Of a stretch of 64,000 nt of DNA, positions 1 to 8,864 are shown piece by piece. Below the pieces are notes generated by a model. It ran no database searches and was not told the origin of the DNA. It was given only the letters and a program-made list of their open reading frames with translations. The first letter of the stretch is position 1. Every line of letters begins with the position of its first letter. A program made the translations under genes and the position numbers. Source of the stretch: an uncultured Gammaproteobacteria bacterium (GTDB taxonomy: Bacteria; Patescibacteriota; Microgenomatia; CAZETR01; Amesbacteraceae); contig CAYHNU010000001.1 of NCBI GenBank assembly GCA_964358085.1, forward strand, positions 11,220-75,219, read 5' to 3'.

Positions 1-1
1 C

Positions 2-88
2 ACTCCGATATTCAACATCCAAATTCTCACTCTAGTTGCGCTTCTGGCCTTTATTTGGTTATTATGGCGCTATTATGCCAGAGATTAA
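2..88 (+). CDS. 3' end of an upstream membrane protein (partial)
   Basis: Frame 2 reads TPIFNIQILTLVALLAFIWLLWRYYARD* (TAA 86-88): a C-terminal TM helix overlapping the next ATG at 75. Confidence 0.55.
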   Translation, partial: TPIFNIQILTLVALLAFIWLLWRYYARD

Positions 89-1250
89 ACGTCCTCTCAT
101 AGTTGCGGCCATTTTCTATTTTTTCATCGCTCCTTTTTTCTTCCACCCCGATATCAAAATTATTTACTACCTCTCCCAATTTTTATCCCAGGGGACAGTC
201 AATATCTATCAGTATATCGCCGCCAATCCGGACAAAGCCCTGCTTGGCTCCTTTGTCTATCCGCCTTTGTCCTATTTTGTCATGGGGCTAGTTTACCCCG
301 TGGTTAATTTTTTGGCTGGCTCGGGATTTACTCCTTGGCTGGGTATGGGCAACGATGCCGTGGATATTGCCGGCATTTTCCGCTATTTGTTTCTCATCAA
401 AACTCCGCTCATTCTGGCTTTGTTAGCTACCGGTTGGGCGCTATCCCGGATATCCTCCCGGCGGGTAGTGCTGTGGATCTGGTTTTTTAACCCCATCACC
501 ATTTACGTAGTCGGCTTTATGGGCCAGATAGATATTTTACCGGTCTTGCTTTCTGTTTTGGCTCTGCTCCTTGCCAAACCCAAGCCGTTTTTGGCCGCCG
601 TACTTTTGGGATTGGGCGCAGCCCTCAAAACTTATCCACTCCTGCTTTTGCCTTTCCTGGCTCTCTTGTCCACTTCCAATCTTAAGCGGTCGGCTCTGAT
701 ATTTCTAGCTGGGTTGTCACCATATATTTTATTAGTCGCTCCATTTCTTACCACTCCAGCTTTTTATTCCGACACCCTAACCTCCGGGCTTACCCAGCGG
801 GTACTGCAACTCTCACTTCCCTTGGGTTATTCGGAAAACTTGTATCTAGTTCCGATAGTCTTAACTGGATTGCTCCTGGCCGCAGGTGTTTTGCACCGCG
901 GCCAAATTCACCGCTTGTCAGCTTACTGGATGGCCGCTTCTTTACTGCCGGTGGTTCTGTCTCACTTCCATCCCCAGTGGATTTTATGGTCCATGCCCTT
1001 TATTAGTCTGTGGATTGCTTCCAAATCGGACTGGCTGTCATTATTACTTTTTTCCGCCAGTTTTCTAGCGACAGTGTTTTTGTTTGCCGATAAATTTCTC
1101 ACCTGGGGACTGATTAGCCCCTTTAATCCCCAAATTCTCTTCCTGCCCGCTTTTTCAAATCCTTTATTGCAAAGCCTCTCTCACTCCGTCTTGGTGGGAG
1201 TTGGCTTGTGGATCAGCTTATGCGCGTGTTTTTCCTCGGACCGGTCATAG
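75..1250 (+). CDS. GT-C-fold multi-pass membrane glycosyltransferase (GT87-like)
   Basis: Many TM helices; motifs HPD, F-x-YPPL, W-x-FNP, GQID, LKTYP, HPQW. ATG 75 preferred over TTG 36. Confidence 0.7.
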   Translation: MPEIKRPLIVAAIFYFFIAPFFFHPDIKIIYYLSQFLSQGTVNIYQYIAANPDKALLGSFVYPPLSYFVMGLVYPVVNFLAGSGFTPWLGMGNDAVDIAGIFRYLFLIKTPLILALLATGWALSRISSRRVVLWIWFFNPITIYVVGFMGQIDILPVLLSVLALLLAKPKPFLAAVLLGLGAALKTYPLLLLPFLALLSTSNLKRSALIFLAGLSPYILLVAPFLTTPAFYSDTLTSGLTQRVLQLSLPLGYSENLYLVPIVLTGLLLAAGVLHRGQIHRLSAYWMAASLLPVVLSHFHPQWILWSMPFISLWIASKSDWLSLLLFSASFLATVFLFADKFLTWGLISPFNPQILFLPAFSNPLLQSLSHSVLVGVGLWISLCACFSSDRS

Positions 1251-1783
1251 TTTTAGCCGCTCTCGTCTTGGCTTCCTTGGCCAGCCGCAACCGGTTGGAT
1301 ACCGAAGTCTCCGGCAGTTCTTACTTACCACTCGTTGAAACCCGCCCCATCACTTTCACCCCCATCCATTCGGGTCTAAATATCATCCTTCTTCGCATGA
1401 AGAATCCGAACCTGGCGGACACGTCCGATTTTGTTTTTACACTTAAAGACCAAGCTAACCAGACAGTCCGGGAGCTTAATTTTTCCGGCCGCAACATCGG
1501 TGATCCCAGCGACGTCCGTTTGCAGTTTACCCCCATTCTGGATTCCGCTAATCAACCCCTGACTCTGACCATCATCTCTCCATCTACCTCCGTAAAAATC
1601 GAAAACGGTTTTCGTGCTTACTACCGCACTTCCGGTCTGTCACTTAATTTGGCCCCGCTTACCCGTGATCCTGTCTTTATGGTCGTGTGGGCGTTGCTTG
1701 TATTCGGGCTGACTCGTATCCCTGCGGATCCCAAGTCTTCCCCAAAGTTGCCTCTTCCGGCAAACTGTACACGCCGCCGATAA
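1220..1783 (+). CDS. Membrane-anchored protein with an extracellular beta-rich domain
   Basis: N- and C-terminal hydrophobic helices around a soluble domain (LQFTPILDS). ATG 1220. The 3' end overlaps the convergent gene by 107 bp. Confidence 0.6.
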   Translation: MRVFFLGPVIVLAALVLASLASRNRLDTEVSGSSYLPLVETRPITFTPIHSGLNIILLRMKNPNLADTSDFVFTLKDQANQTVRELNFSGRNIGDPSDVRLQFTPILDSANQPLTLTIISPSTSVKIENGFRAYYRTSGLSLNLAPLTRDPVFMVVWALLVFGLTRIPADPKSSPKLPLPANCTRRR

Positions 1784-3065
1784 ACAACGTGTTTGGCAGA
1801 TTTTGGTCGTCAGGCCAATATATTTTGCGAAATTCAAACTTGCCGAAGTCATATCCTTGCCGTGGTGCTTTTTGATATTCTTCCGGCGGTATTTTGAGAT
1901 AAAACAAAGTAAAAATATACGGCTGGGCCTGCCCAGTTTCCCACACCACGTGGCCATAATTATCGAGTATCGGAGAGATAATCCGCGCCACTTCTTTAAA
2001 TCCCCACTGCCAATCGCCGTAATGGTTATACGGCATCTGCCACAAGGCAGCCAGCACAAACCATCCCAAACTGATAACCGCCCAAGGAATAATCAGCCAC
2101 TTGAGCCATGTTTTAAGTTGTACCCACCCCACCGCGATTAACATGGTATTGGCCGCCCATAACGGCAGCACCCGCACCGGGTTGAACCAGCTCTGGGTAA
2201 TGACCGCCGGCAACGGGGCCAAAGCCAGCCAGGCCACTAACACTTTGTTTTTCCGCCAGTTTTTAATTAGCCACCAAATTCCTGATCCCCAGAAAAATAT
2301 TTCCCATCCGTAATACAGGCCAAATCCATCTACTCGTTGGTTGGGTTCATTGGTGCCCCGGACAAACAAGTTAGCTGGGGAAAAATACGAGAAATATTTC
2401 TGTCCTGCTTCCCGCCAGCTCCCGCCAGCCGATGTCCATCTGGCCCATCCCCCGCTAGACATAGCTATGCCGAACAGAACGATGGCTAAAATTACCCCCA
2501 AGCTCCGCCGGCCCCAGATGAGAAATGGCCATAAATAAATCTTAGCCGAGTGATAGGCAAACACATTTATTCCCGCTATCACCAACCCCAACGTATATTT
2601 CCCTTCTAGAATAAGACACATGGTCGCCAGGATTAATGTCAGAGACAAATTGGCTTCCCATGCCCCGCGCGAGTAAAAAATAGCCCACGGTTCGACAGCC
2701 ATCATTCCCGCCGCGATTAATCCTATTCGCTTCCCCAGCAACTTGGCTGAAATTAAATACAGCAAACCGATACTGGCCACTCCGGCCATCGCCGACAGTA
2801 ATCTGGTATTTATCTCGTTTAAGCCGAATATCCCCACAATCGGAGCCGTCAGATATGCATATAGCGGGGGTTTATAGTCATCGAACGAGCGCAACGATAG
2901 CGGCCACTTTGTTCCATACTCATCCGCCCCGGTTTTCCACAATGAATAAGCGTTATACCCTAGAGCCGCCTCGTCCCAGTTCACCGACCCCGGAGATTTG
3001 TCCAGCCAAACCAGCCGCAAGACGGCTCCCACCACCAGAATGACGATTAATATTTTGCGATCCAT
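1677..3065 (-). CDS. PMT/ArnT-like GT-C glycosyltransferase (GT39/GT83-like)
   Basis: WDEAALGYNAYSLWKTGADEYG...FDDYKPP, SRGAWEAN, YHSAK; multi-TM with soluble C-terminal domain. Confidence 0.85.
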   Translation of the reverse strand: MDRKILIVILVVGAVLRLVWLDKSPGSVNWDEAALGYNAYSLWKTGADEYGTKWPLSLRSFDDYKPPLYAYLTAPIVGIFGLNEINTRLLSAMAGVASIGLLYLISAKLLGKRIGLIAAGMMAVEPWAIFYSRGAWEANLSLTLILATMCLILEGKYTLGLVIAGINVFAYHSAKIYLWPFLIWGRRSLGVILAIVLFGIAMSSGGWARWTSAGGSWREAGQKYFSYFSPANLFVRGTNEPNQRVDGFGLYYGWEIFFWGSGIWWLIKNWRKNKVLVAWLALAPLPAVITQSWFNPVRVLPLWAANTMLIAVGWVQLKTWLKWLIIPWAVISLGWFVLAALWQMPYNHYGDWQWGFKEVARIISPILDNYGHVVWETGQAQPYIFTLFYLKIPPEEYQKAPRQGYDFGKFEFRKIYWPDDQNLPNTLFIGGVYSLPEEATLGKTWDPQGYESARIQATPTRP

Positions 3066-4267
3066 AATCCTTTTCCGTAGCCGTAAACCAACTCGTCATC
3101 GGCCTCTATTTTTTTAATAATTTTATCCTCCGGTATTCCCGCCATCTCCTTTGGTAAACCGACGTAAACATTTCCCGGGACGGGAGTAAATTCTCGCACC
3201 TCGATTTTTGAGTTGGGCAATATTTTGTAAAACTTTAACATCTCCTCCATTGGCCCGAATTTGCTCGTCACTACCACCCCCGGCACTTGATCTAGGTTAT
3301 CTTTTAGCCACAAATAAGTTTGCCGGTACAAATACACATCTGAATACTGCCACTTCAATTGATTAAAGAACATTTCTCTGTAAAAAAATCCGGCTCCAAC
3401 CAAGTATAAAGCACACACCAAACGCTTGTCCAAAACTTTCACCGCTTGGGCTACCAACATCACAATCGCTGGAATAAATAGTATCCCCCCGATCGTAAAA
3501 AATTTCTTGTCCAGAAATATTCCCCCCAGCCATCCGCCGATTATCCACCACTTTGTTCCTCCGGAACCGAACTTCACTAGCCCATAGATTATCACAGGCA
3601 CTTCCCAGTAATAGATAAGAGGCAATAATCCCTTGGGGGGCAAACCGCTCATTCCCGTTATTATCCTCGCGGCCAGGGGAGCAGTCCATTGTTCAAAATC
3701 CAGTAAAGCTATGCTTCTTTGTAAAACCGTGTTTATCGCCAGTCCTGGTTTGTTGTACAAGATTTTTCGCGCTAACGCCGGCAGGATATAAGTTTTTCCA
3801 GTGGCCAGAAAATTAGTTTTTTGGATTGCGTCTACTTTTTGGCCCAAGTAACCCCAGTTTAATTTATCAAACAAATTGTCGGTAGTGATTTTTGCCAAGC
3901 TCACCCGATCGGCTGCCAGGGCCAGTATCACAAGTACAATGGCCACAGCCTTTTGCCATCTTTTAGTGGCTGTCCAGGCCCATAATCCCGCCGCCAGAGC
4001 TGTCGTCTCCCATACGTGCCACAAGCTTAAGGTATTCAACCATGGATTAGCCGCTGCAATCACCGCCGCCCAGCCCGACCTGGTCTTTTTGGCCAGCAAG
4101 ATTACAATCACCGCCTGCGCGAGCCACCCCCAAATCCTAATTTGTGTCTCGCCCCATCCCCAACTTCCAAACCCTTGGGCCAACTCCACGCTTACCCCTA
4201 ACGGCTTTCCTATCGTCAGTCCCAATCGCACCACCATCACAATTCCTGCAGTAATTCCCGGCCACAT
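3047..4267 (-). CDS. Degenerate GT-C-like membrane protein
   Basis: Multi-TM; NPW and LYNK motifs and C-terminal layout resemble the neighbouring PMT-like paralogues, but the DE/GYNAYS loop is missing. ATG 4267. Confidence 0.55.
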   Translation of the reverse strand: MWPGITAGIVMVVRLGLTIGKPLGVSVELAQGFGSWGWGETQIRIWGWLAQAVIVILLAKKTRSGWAAVIAAANPWLNTLSLWHVWETTALAAGLWAWTATKRWQKAVAIVLVILALAADRVSLAKITTDNLFDKLNWGYLGQKVDAIQKTNFLATGKTYILPALARKILYNKPGLAINTVLQRSIALLDFEQWTAPLAARIITGMSGLPPKGLLPLIYYWEVPVIIYGLVKFGSGGTKWWIIGGWLGGIFLDKKFFTIGGILFIPAIVMLVAQAVKVLDKRLVCALYLVGAGFFYREMFFNQLKWQYSDVYLYRQTYLWLKDNLDQVPGVVVTSKFGPMEEMLKFYKILPNSKIEVREFTPVPGNVYVGLPKEMAGIPEDKIIKKIEADDELVYGYGKGLWIAKY

Positions 4268-4270
4268 CAA

Positions 4271-4303
4271 TTGATATTAAGCTCACGGACCTCGTATAAT
4301 CAA
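4271..4303. promoter_or_regulatory. Overlapping bidirectional sigma70-type promoters
   Basis: + strand TTGATA(4271)-N18-TATAAT(4295-4300)-N9-ATG 4310; - strand TTGATT(4303)-N18-TAATAT(4279-4274)-N6-ATG 4267. Confidence 0.65.
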
Positions 4304-4309
4304 GTCTAC

Positions 4310-5860
4310 ATGCGCCGTTTACTGATTCTGGCCCTGGTCATCGGATCACTCACGCGTTTACTATGGCTCACTCGTTACCCGGTTGGATTTACTCCGGATG
4401 AAGCCGCTTTTGGCTACAACGCTTATTCTCTTCTGCTCACCGGCCGTGATGAATGGGGAGTCCCGTGGTGGCAATTGTTTTTTACCAACCTCCGTTCCTT
4501 TGGGGATTACAAACTCCCCCTTTACACTTTCTTGGCTATTCCTTCCGTTAAAATTTTCGGTTTGACTGAATTTGCTGTCCGTTTGCCCAACGCGGTCTTT
4601 GGCATTCTGGCCATAGGCGCCGTTTATCTGCTGGCCAATAAACTTTTTCCCCGCTCCGGTTCCATCGCCGCCCTCCTTCTGGCCATCTCTCCCTGGCATG
4701 TCCAGCTTTCCCGGGGGGCTTTCGAAGCCAATCTGGCTACCTTTCTCTTGCCTATGGGGATTTACCTGTTTCTAGAGAACAAGACCCTCTTTTCCACCCT
4801 ATTCTTTACCGCTGCCGCCTATTCCTATCATTCAGCCAGGCTAATTTTACCCTTCATTTTGGTCTTTATCTTTGTCAACTTCCGCAACAAATTCAAACCT
4901 CTCCTGCTTATTCCCCTTATAGTTTCACTATGGGGATTAAGTTCGGCCCGGGTGGCCGACGTGAGCATTTTCAGCCCCACTGATAACTGGTTGGGAGTGG
5001 CCACCCGCCGTTTTGAGGCCCGGGCTCTGGGTCTTCCGGACCAGATTGCCCGCGTTTTTTCCAACAAGCTGGTTTATTCCCTCTCCACTTTTTCTCAAAA
5101 TTATATTTCTTACTTTTCCCCCAATTTCCTTTTTACCTCTGGAGCTGGTGAGCCCTTTTACGGCATGATGCCGGGCAGGGGAGTGCTTTACTTAATTGAA
5201 CTGCCAATTTTGGTTTTGGCTCTGCTTTACTTTATCCGCAAACCCTCCCGATCAGTTTTCCTGTTACTAATACTCATAGCCCTGGCTCCTATCCCCGCCG
5301 CTCTGGCCAAAGGTCCGGGAGCCGCCGCCAACCGCGCCGTAATTATGCTTCCCTGGTTAATCATTCTTCTTTCCACCGCCATCGTCCGCCTCCCCCGCCA
5401 GTGGCTGACTCTCGTGATCGGCGCCTATATTACCAGCTTCGTTTTCTTTGGAGAGGATTATTTATACCACTCACCCTATCTTGCCGCTCCCTCCATGTCC
5501 TACGGCTGGCGGGATTTAATGCCGCGGCTTCAGGCCTTTACTGACCGTTTCCCCGACGTGCGTTTCAGCAGATCGCTCTCCGAGCCGCACATTTTCGTGG
5601 CCTTTTACACCCGCTTTGATCCCCGGGAGTATCAAAAAGCTTCTGCTTCTTGGCCTCGCAACGTTAAGTTTCTGGACCAATTCGACGGCTACTATTTAGG
5701 CAAATACCGGTTCGGAGTTATTCATCCCGCCGATCCGGTAACCATTCCTACTTTGTACATCGGCAAACCCGAAGATTTTTCGCCGGATTTCCCCGAATAT
5801 TTCCACATTAATTACCCGTCTTCCCGTCCAGCTATCATAGTTGCTCAGAAGCTTCCATGA
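4310..5860 (+). CDS. PMT/ArnT-like GT-C glycosyltransferase
   Basis: PDEAAFGYNAYSLLLTGRDEWG...FGDYKLP, SRGAFEAN, YHSAR. ATG 4310 follows TATAAT. Confidence 0.85.
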   Translation: MRRLLILALVIGSLTRLLWLTRYPVGFTPDEAAFGYNAYSLLLTGRDEWGVPWWQLFFTNLRSFGDYKLPLYTFLAIPSVKIFGLTEFAVRLPNAVFGILAIGAVYLLANKLFPRSGSIAALLLAISPWHVQLSRGAFEANLATFLLPMGIYLFLENKTLFSTLFFTAAAYSYHSARLILPFILVFIFVNFRNKFKPLLLIPLIVSLWGLSSARVADVSIFSPTDNWLGVATRRFEARALGLPDQIARVFSNKLVYSLSTFSQNYISYFSPNFLFTSGAGEPFYGMMPGRGVLYLIELPILVLALLYFIRKPSRSVFLLLILIALAPIPAALAKGPGAAANRAVIMLPWLIILLSTAIVRLPRQWLTLVIGAYITSFVFFGEDYLYHSPYLAAPSMSYGWRDLMPRLQAFTDRFPDVRFSRSLSEPHIFVAFYTRFDPREYQKASASWPRNVKFLDQFDGYYLGKYRFGVIHPADPVTIPTLYIGKPEDFSPDFPEYFHINYPSSRPAIIVAQKLP

Positions 5861-7407
5861 AAAAAATCCTCTTACTGCTTCTCATCCCCACATTTTCTTT
5901 GATGTTGCGTCCCGGTATTTTTACGATGCACGATTTCCACGTCTTCCGCCAGTTTGAATTTGGCAAATGCGTTGCCGCCAAAACTTTTCCTTGCCGCTGG
6001 GCGCCGGATGCGGGGATGGGTTACGGCGAGCCGGTATTTAATTTCTACGGTCAGTTTCCTTACTGGATTGGCCAGATATTTCACGCCTTCGGTTTACAAA
6101 CAATTGATTCTGTCAAAGCCAATTTTATTTTGACAATAATAGTTTCAGCCGTGGCCATGTTTTACTTGGGCAAAAAATACTGGGGAAATCTAGGCGGGGT
6201 AGTAGCGGCTCTTTTTTATGTTTACGCTCCTTACCGGGCAGTGGACGTCTGGGTTCGCGGTTCTCTCAACGAAGCATATGCCCTGGCCTTATTTCCTTTG
6301 ATTTTTCTCTCGTTGGATAATTTCCTTGACGATCACCAACCCCGGCATCTCTGGTGGTTAGTTTTATTTGCTTCCGCTCTACTCATAACCCACAACATAT
6401 CCGCACTCATGATTGCCCCGTTTTTGGCTATATGGGTTTTCAAAAAATCTCCCGTGCCTTTCTCTCGCCTCATCGCCGCCGGAGCTGCCGTCTTTCTTTT
6501 AAGCGCTTTTTATTTGCTGCCCGTTATTTTTGAAAGTCACCTGGTTACTTTAAACCGCACCACCACCGACTATTATTCTTACCAGCTCCATTGGACCACT
6601 CTCAAGCAGCTCTTTATCTCCCGCTTTTGGGGTTATGGCGGCTCCGTTTGGGGCCCTAACGACACCATGAGTTTCTCCGTCGGTTACCTACAGTGGATCG
6701 TGCCGGTTCTAGTAGGTATATATTTTTTAATTAGGAAATTCAGGCATTCATTAGGTCAATTAGAAATTAGGTCAATTAGAAATTTTGCAGTATTCATTTC
6801 ATCAGCCTTCTTCGCTATTTTTCTCACTCACGGCAAGTCGGAATTTATCTGGAAACTTTTCCCTCCTTTAGCTTACGTCCAGTTCCCCTGGCGTTTCCTA
6901 GCCGTGGCAACCTTCTTTCTGGCCCTCTCTTCCGGCGCCATCGCGCAAGTGTTTCCCAAAAAATTATCAATCATCTTAATCAGCTTAGTTATCTTAATTA
7001 ACTTCTCCTTCTTCCGTCCCGATATTTGGCGTAACATCACGGACCGTGAACAATTTTCAGGAGCCTTGTGGGACGAGCAACGTTCTTCGGCTCTAAATGA
7101 TTTTTGGCCCCGCACAGCTCCCCAGTTACCCCGTTTTTTCGCCCCATCCCAACCTCAGGTTCTTCTTACTACAGATACTTACCAAAAAATCCAATACCCC
7201 ATTGTTTATTTCCCCGGCTGGAAATCGGAAGTTGAACTTTTCCCCTTCGGTCCGCTGGGTTTAATTACCGCCCGAGTCCCGCTAGACACGCAAATTACCC
7301 TGAAATTTACCGATACGCCTGTCCGGATCATCGGCAACATTACTAGTCTGGTCGCTGTGCTATGTCTCATCTTAAGTGGCTATTACTTATTGTCGCGGCG
7401 GGTTTAA
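5857..7407 (+). CDS. PTPS-related/YfhO-like GT-C membrane glycosyltransferase
   Basis: HD-x-H...RWAPD...GYGEPVFNFY, YAPYR...RG-x-x-x-E, QFPWRF, YFPGW; C-terminal TM helix; ATGA overlap. Confidence 0.8.
   Translation: MKKILLLLLIPTFSLMLRPGIFTMHDFHVFRQFEFGKCVAAKTFPCRWAPDAGMGYGEPVFNFYGQFPYWIGQIFHAFGLQTIDSVKANFILTIIVSAVAMFYLGKKYWGNLGGVVAALFYVYAPYRAVDVWVRGSLNEAYALALFPLIFLSLDNFLDDHQPRHLWWLVLFASALLITHNISALMIAPFLAIWVFKKSPVPFSRLIAAGAAVFLLSAFYLLPVIFESHLVTLNRTTTDYYSYQLHWTTLKQLFISRFWGYGGSVWGPNDTMSFSVGYLQWIVPVLVGIYFLIRKFRHSLGQLEIRSIRNFAVFISSAFFAIFLTHGKSEFIWKLFPPLAYVQFPWRFLAVATFFLALSSGAIAQVFPKKLSIILISLVILINFSFFRPDIWRNITDREQFSGALWDEQRSSALNDFWPRTAPQLPRFFAPSQPQVLLTTDTYQKIQYPIVYFPGWKSEVELFPFGPLGLITARVPLDTQITLKFTDTPVRIIGNITSLVAVLCLILSGYYLLSRRV
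6750..6784. repeat. Intragenic tandem repeat (ATTAGGTCAATTAGAA) x2 + ATT
   Basis: Two exact 16-nt copies (9+7 subunits) within the peptide SLGQLEIRSIRNF. Confidence 0.8.
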
Positions 7408-8864
7408 CTCTAAGGCTCGCTGCCATTAATTTTTTACCGCCTAGTCTCAACTGGGACGAAGTGTCACTGGGTTACAACGCTTATTCACTTCTCAAAACGG
7501 GCCGGGATGAATGGGGGACAATCCTGCCCACCATTATTCGCGCTTATGGAGACTACAAGTTACCTATTTACGTTTATTTAGCTGTTACTTCGCCGTTCTT
7601 TATCCGTTTACCTTCAATTATTTTCGGCACTCTGCTTATCATAGTTACATATCTATTAGGTCGACGGCTGGCTTCTCCGTTCGTTGGTCTGACTTCAGCT
7701 CTGCTGATAGCCATTTCCCCCTGGACCTGGTGGATATCCCGCATCGCTCTGGAGGCCAACGTGGGAGCCCTGCTTATCGCCATAGGCATCTACTGTCTAC
7801 TTGCCCGCAAACTTAATCTGGGAATACTTTTTCTGGGTCTATCCGTTTGGGCTTATAATTCCGCCCGCGTCTTCTCTCCGCTTTTCTTGACCGGCTACTG
7901 GTTAATCAATCGTCCCAAACTAACTCCTATCCACTATTCTCTAATTTCTATTTTCTTTATTCCTATGATTTTCCAACTCTTATCCTCCTCCGGCCAGGCT
8001 CGCTTAAACTGGCTGACCATTCTTGATTCTGGGGCCATCACCCAGATAAACCAGCTGCAATCCCGTCCCGGCGGCCGACTGGTGTACAACAAAGCCACTT
8101 ATTTCCTCTATCGCTTCGGCCAAAACTATATTTCCTATCTCTCTCCCAATTTCCTGTTTCTTAAAGGCGGCAATCATTATCAATTCAGTGTCCAAAACTA
8201 TGGCTTGCTATATTTAATTTGTCTGCCATTTTTTTATATTGGGATTTGGTATTTATTTAGAAATTATAAATTAGAAAGTAGAAATTCGTTGCTGTTGTGG
8301 TTACTGCTGGCGCCGGTCGCTGGCAGCCTTACCCGCGATGCACCCCACGTCCTGCGTGCCATCCCTTTGCTTCCTCTCCCCATGATCCTCACCGCCATCG
8401 GCCTGGACCGCTTCGGCCGCAATGTTAAGGTTCTCTTCTTCGTCGTCTTACTACTATCAACTATGAACTATTTATTCGTAACTAAAAGTTATCGCAATAA
8501 CTTTTCGGATGCCTGGCAATACGGTTATTCTCAAGTAATTCAATTTATTAAACCGCTGTATTCCCAATACGATCAAATCGTTTTTACCAAGAAATATGGC
8601 GAACCGCACGAATTCGTGGCTTACTTCTGGCCCTGGGATCCCGCCGATTTTTCCCAAAATAAGTCTTGGGACTACCACGCTAATTGGTATTGGGTGAACA
8701 GTCTGGACAAGATTAAGTTCGTCAACGATTGGGAGATTAGCACCATGGCGTTTAAACCAAACACTTTAGTTATTTCCAGTCCTGAAAGTGAAATTTCCGG
8801 CCGCGAGATAAAAAGGATTAATTTTCTCAATGGCCAGCCAGCCTTTATTATTTATGAAATCTAA
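7362..8864 (+). CDS. PMT/ArnT-like GT-C glycosyltransferase
   Basis: WDEVSLGYNAYSLLKTGRDEWG...YGDYKLP, SRIALEAN, YNSAR, PHVLR. Confidence 0.85.
   Translation: MSHLKWLLLIVAAGLTLRLAAINFLPPSLNWDEVSLGYNAYSLLKTGRDEWGTILPTIIRAYGDYKLPIYVYLAVTSPFFIRLPSIIFGTLLIIVTYLLGRRLASPFVGLTSALLIAISPWTWWISRIALEANVGALLIAIGIYCLLARKLNLGILFLGLSVWAYNSARVFSPLFLTGYWLINRPKLTPIHYSLISIFFIPMIFQLLSSSGQARLNWLTILDSGAITQINQLQSRPGGRLVYNKATYFLYRFGQNYISYLSPNFLFLKGGNHYQFSVQNYGLLYLICLPFFYIGIWYLFRNYKLESRNSLLLWLLLAPVAGSLTRDAPHVLRAIPLLPLPMILTAIGLDRFGRNVKVLFFVVLLLSTMNYLFVTKSYRNNFSDAWQYGYSQVIQFIKPLYSQYDQIVFTKKYGEPHEFVAYFWPWDPADFSQNKSWDYHANWYWVNSLDKIKFVNDWEISTMAFKPNTLVISSPESEISGREIKRINFLNGQPAFIIYEI
7920..7954. repeat. Intragenic 7-bp-period array
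   Basis: CTAACTC CTATCCA CTATTCT CTAATTT CTATTTT. Confidence 0.6.
8257..8286. repeat. Intragenic 7-bp-period array
   Basis: TTAGAAA TTATAAA TTAGAAA GTAGAAA TT (peptide FRNYKLESRN). Confidence 0.8.
8453..8473. repeat. Intragenic 7-bp-period array
   Basis: ACTATCA ACTATGA ACTATTT (peptide LSTMNYL). Confidence 0.65.
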
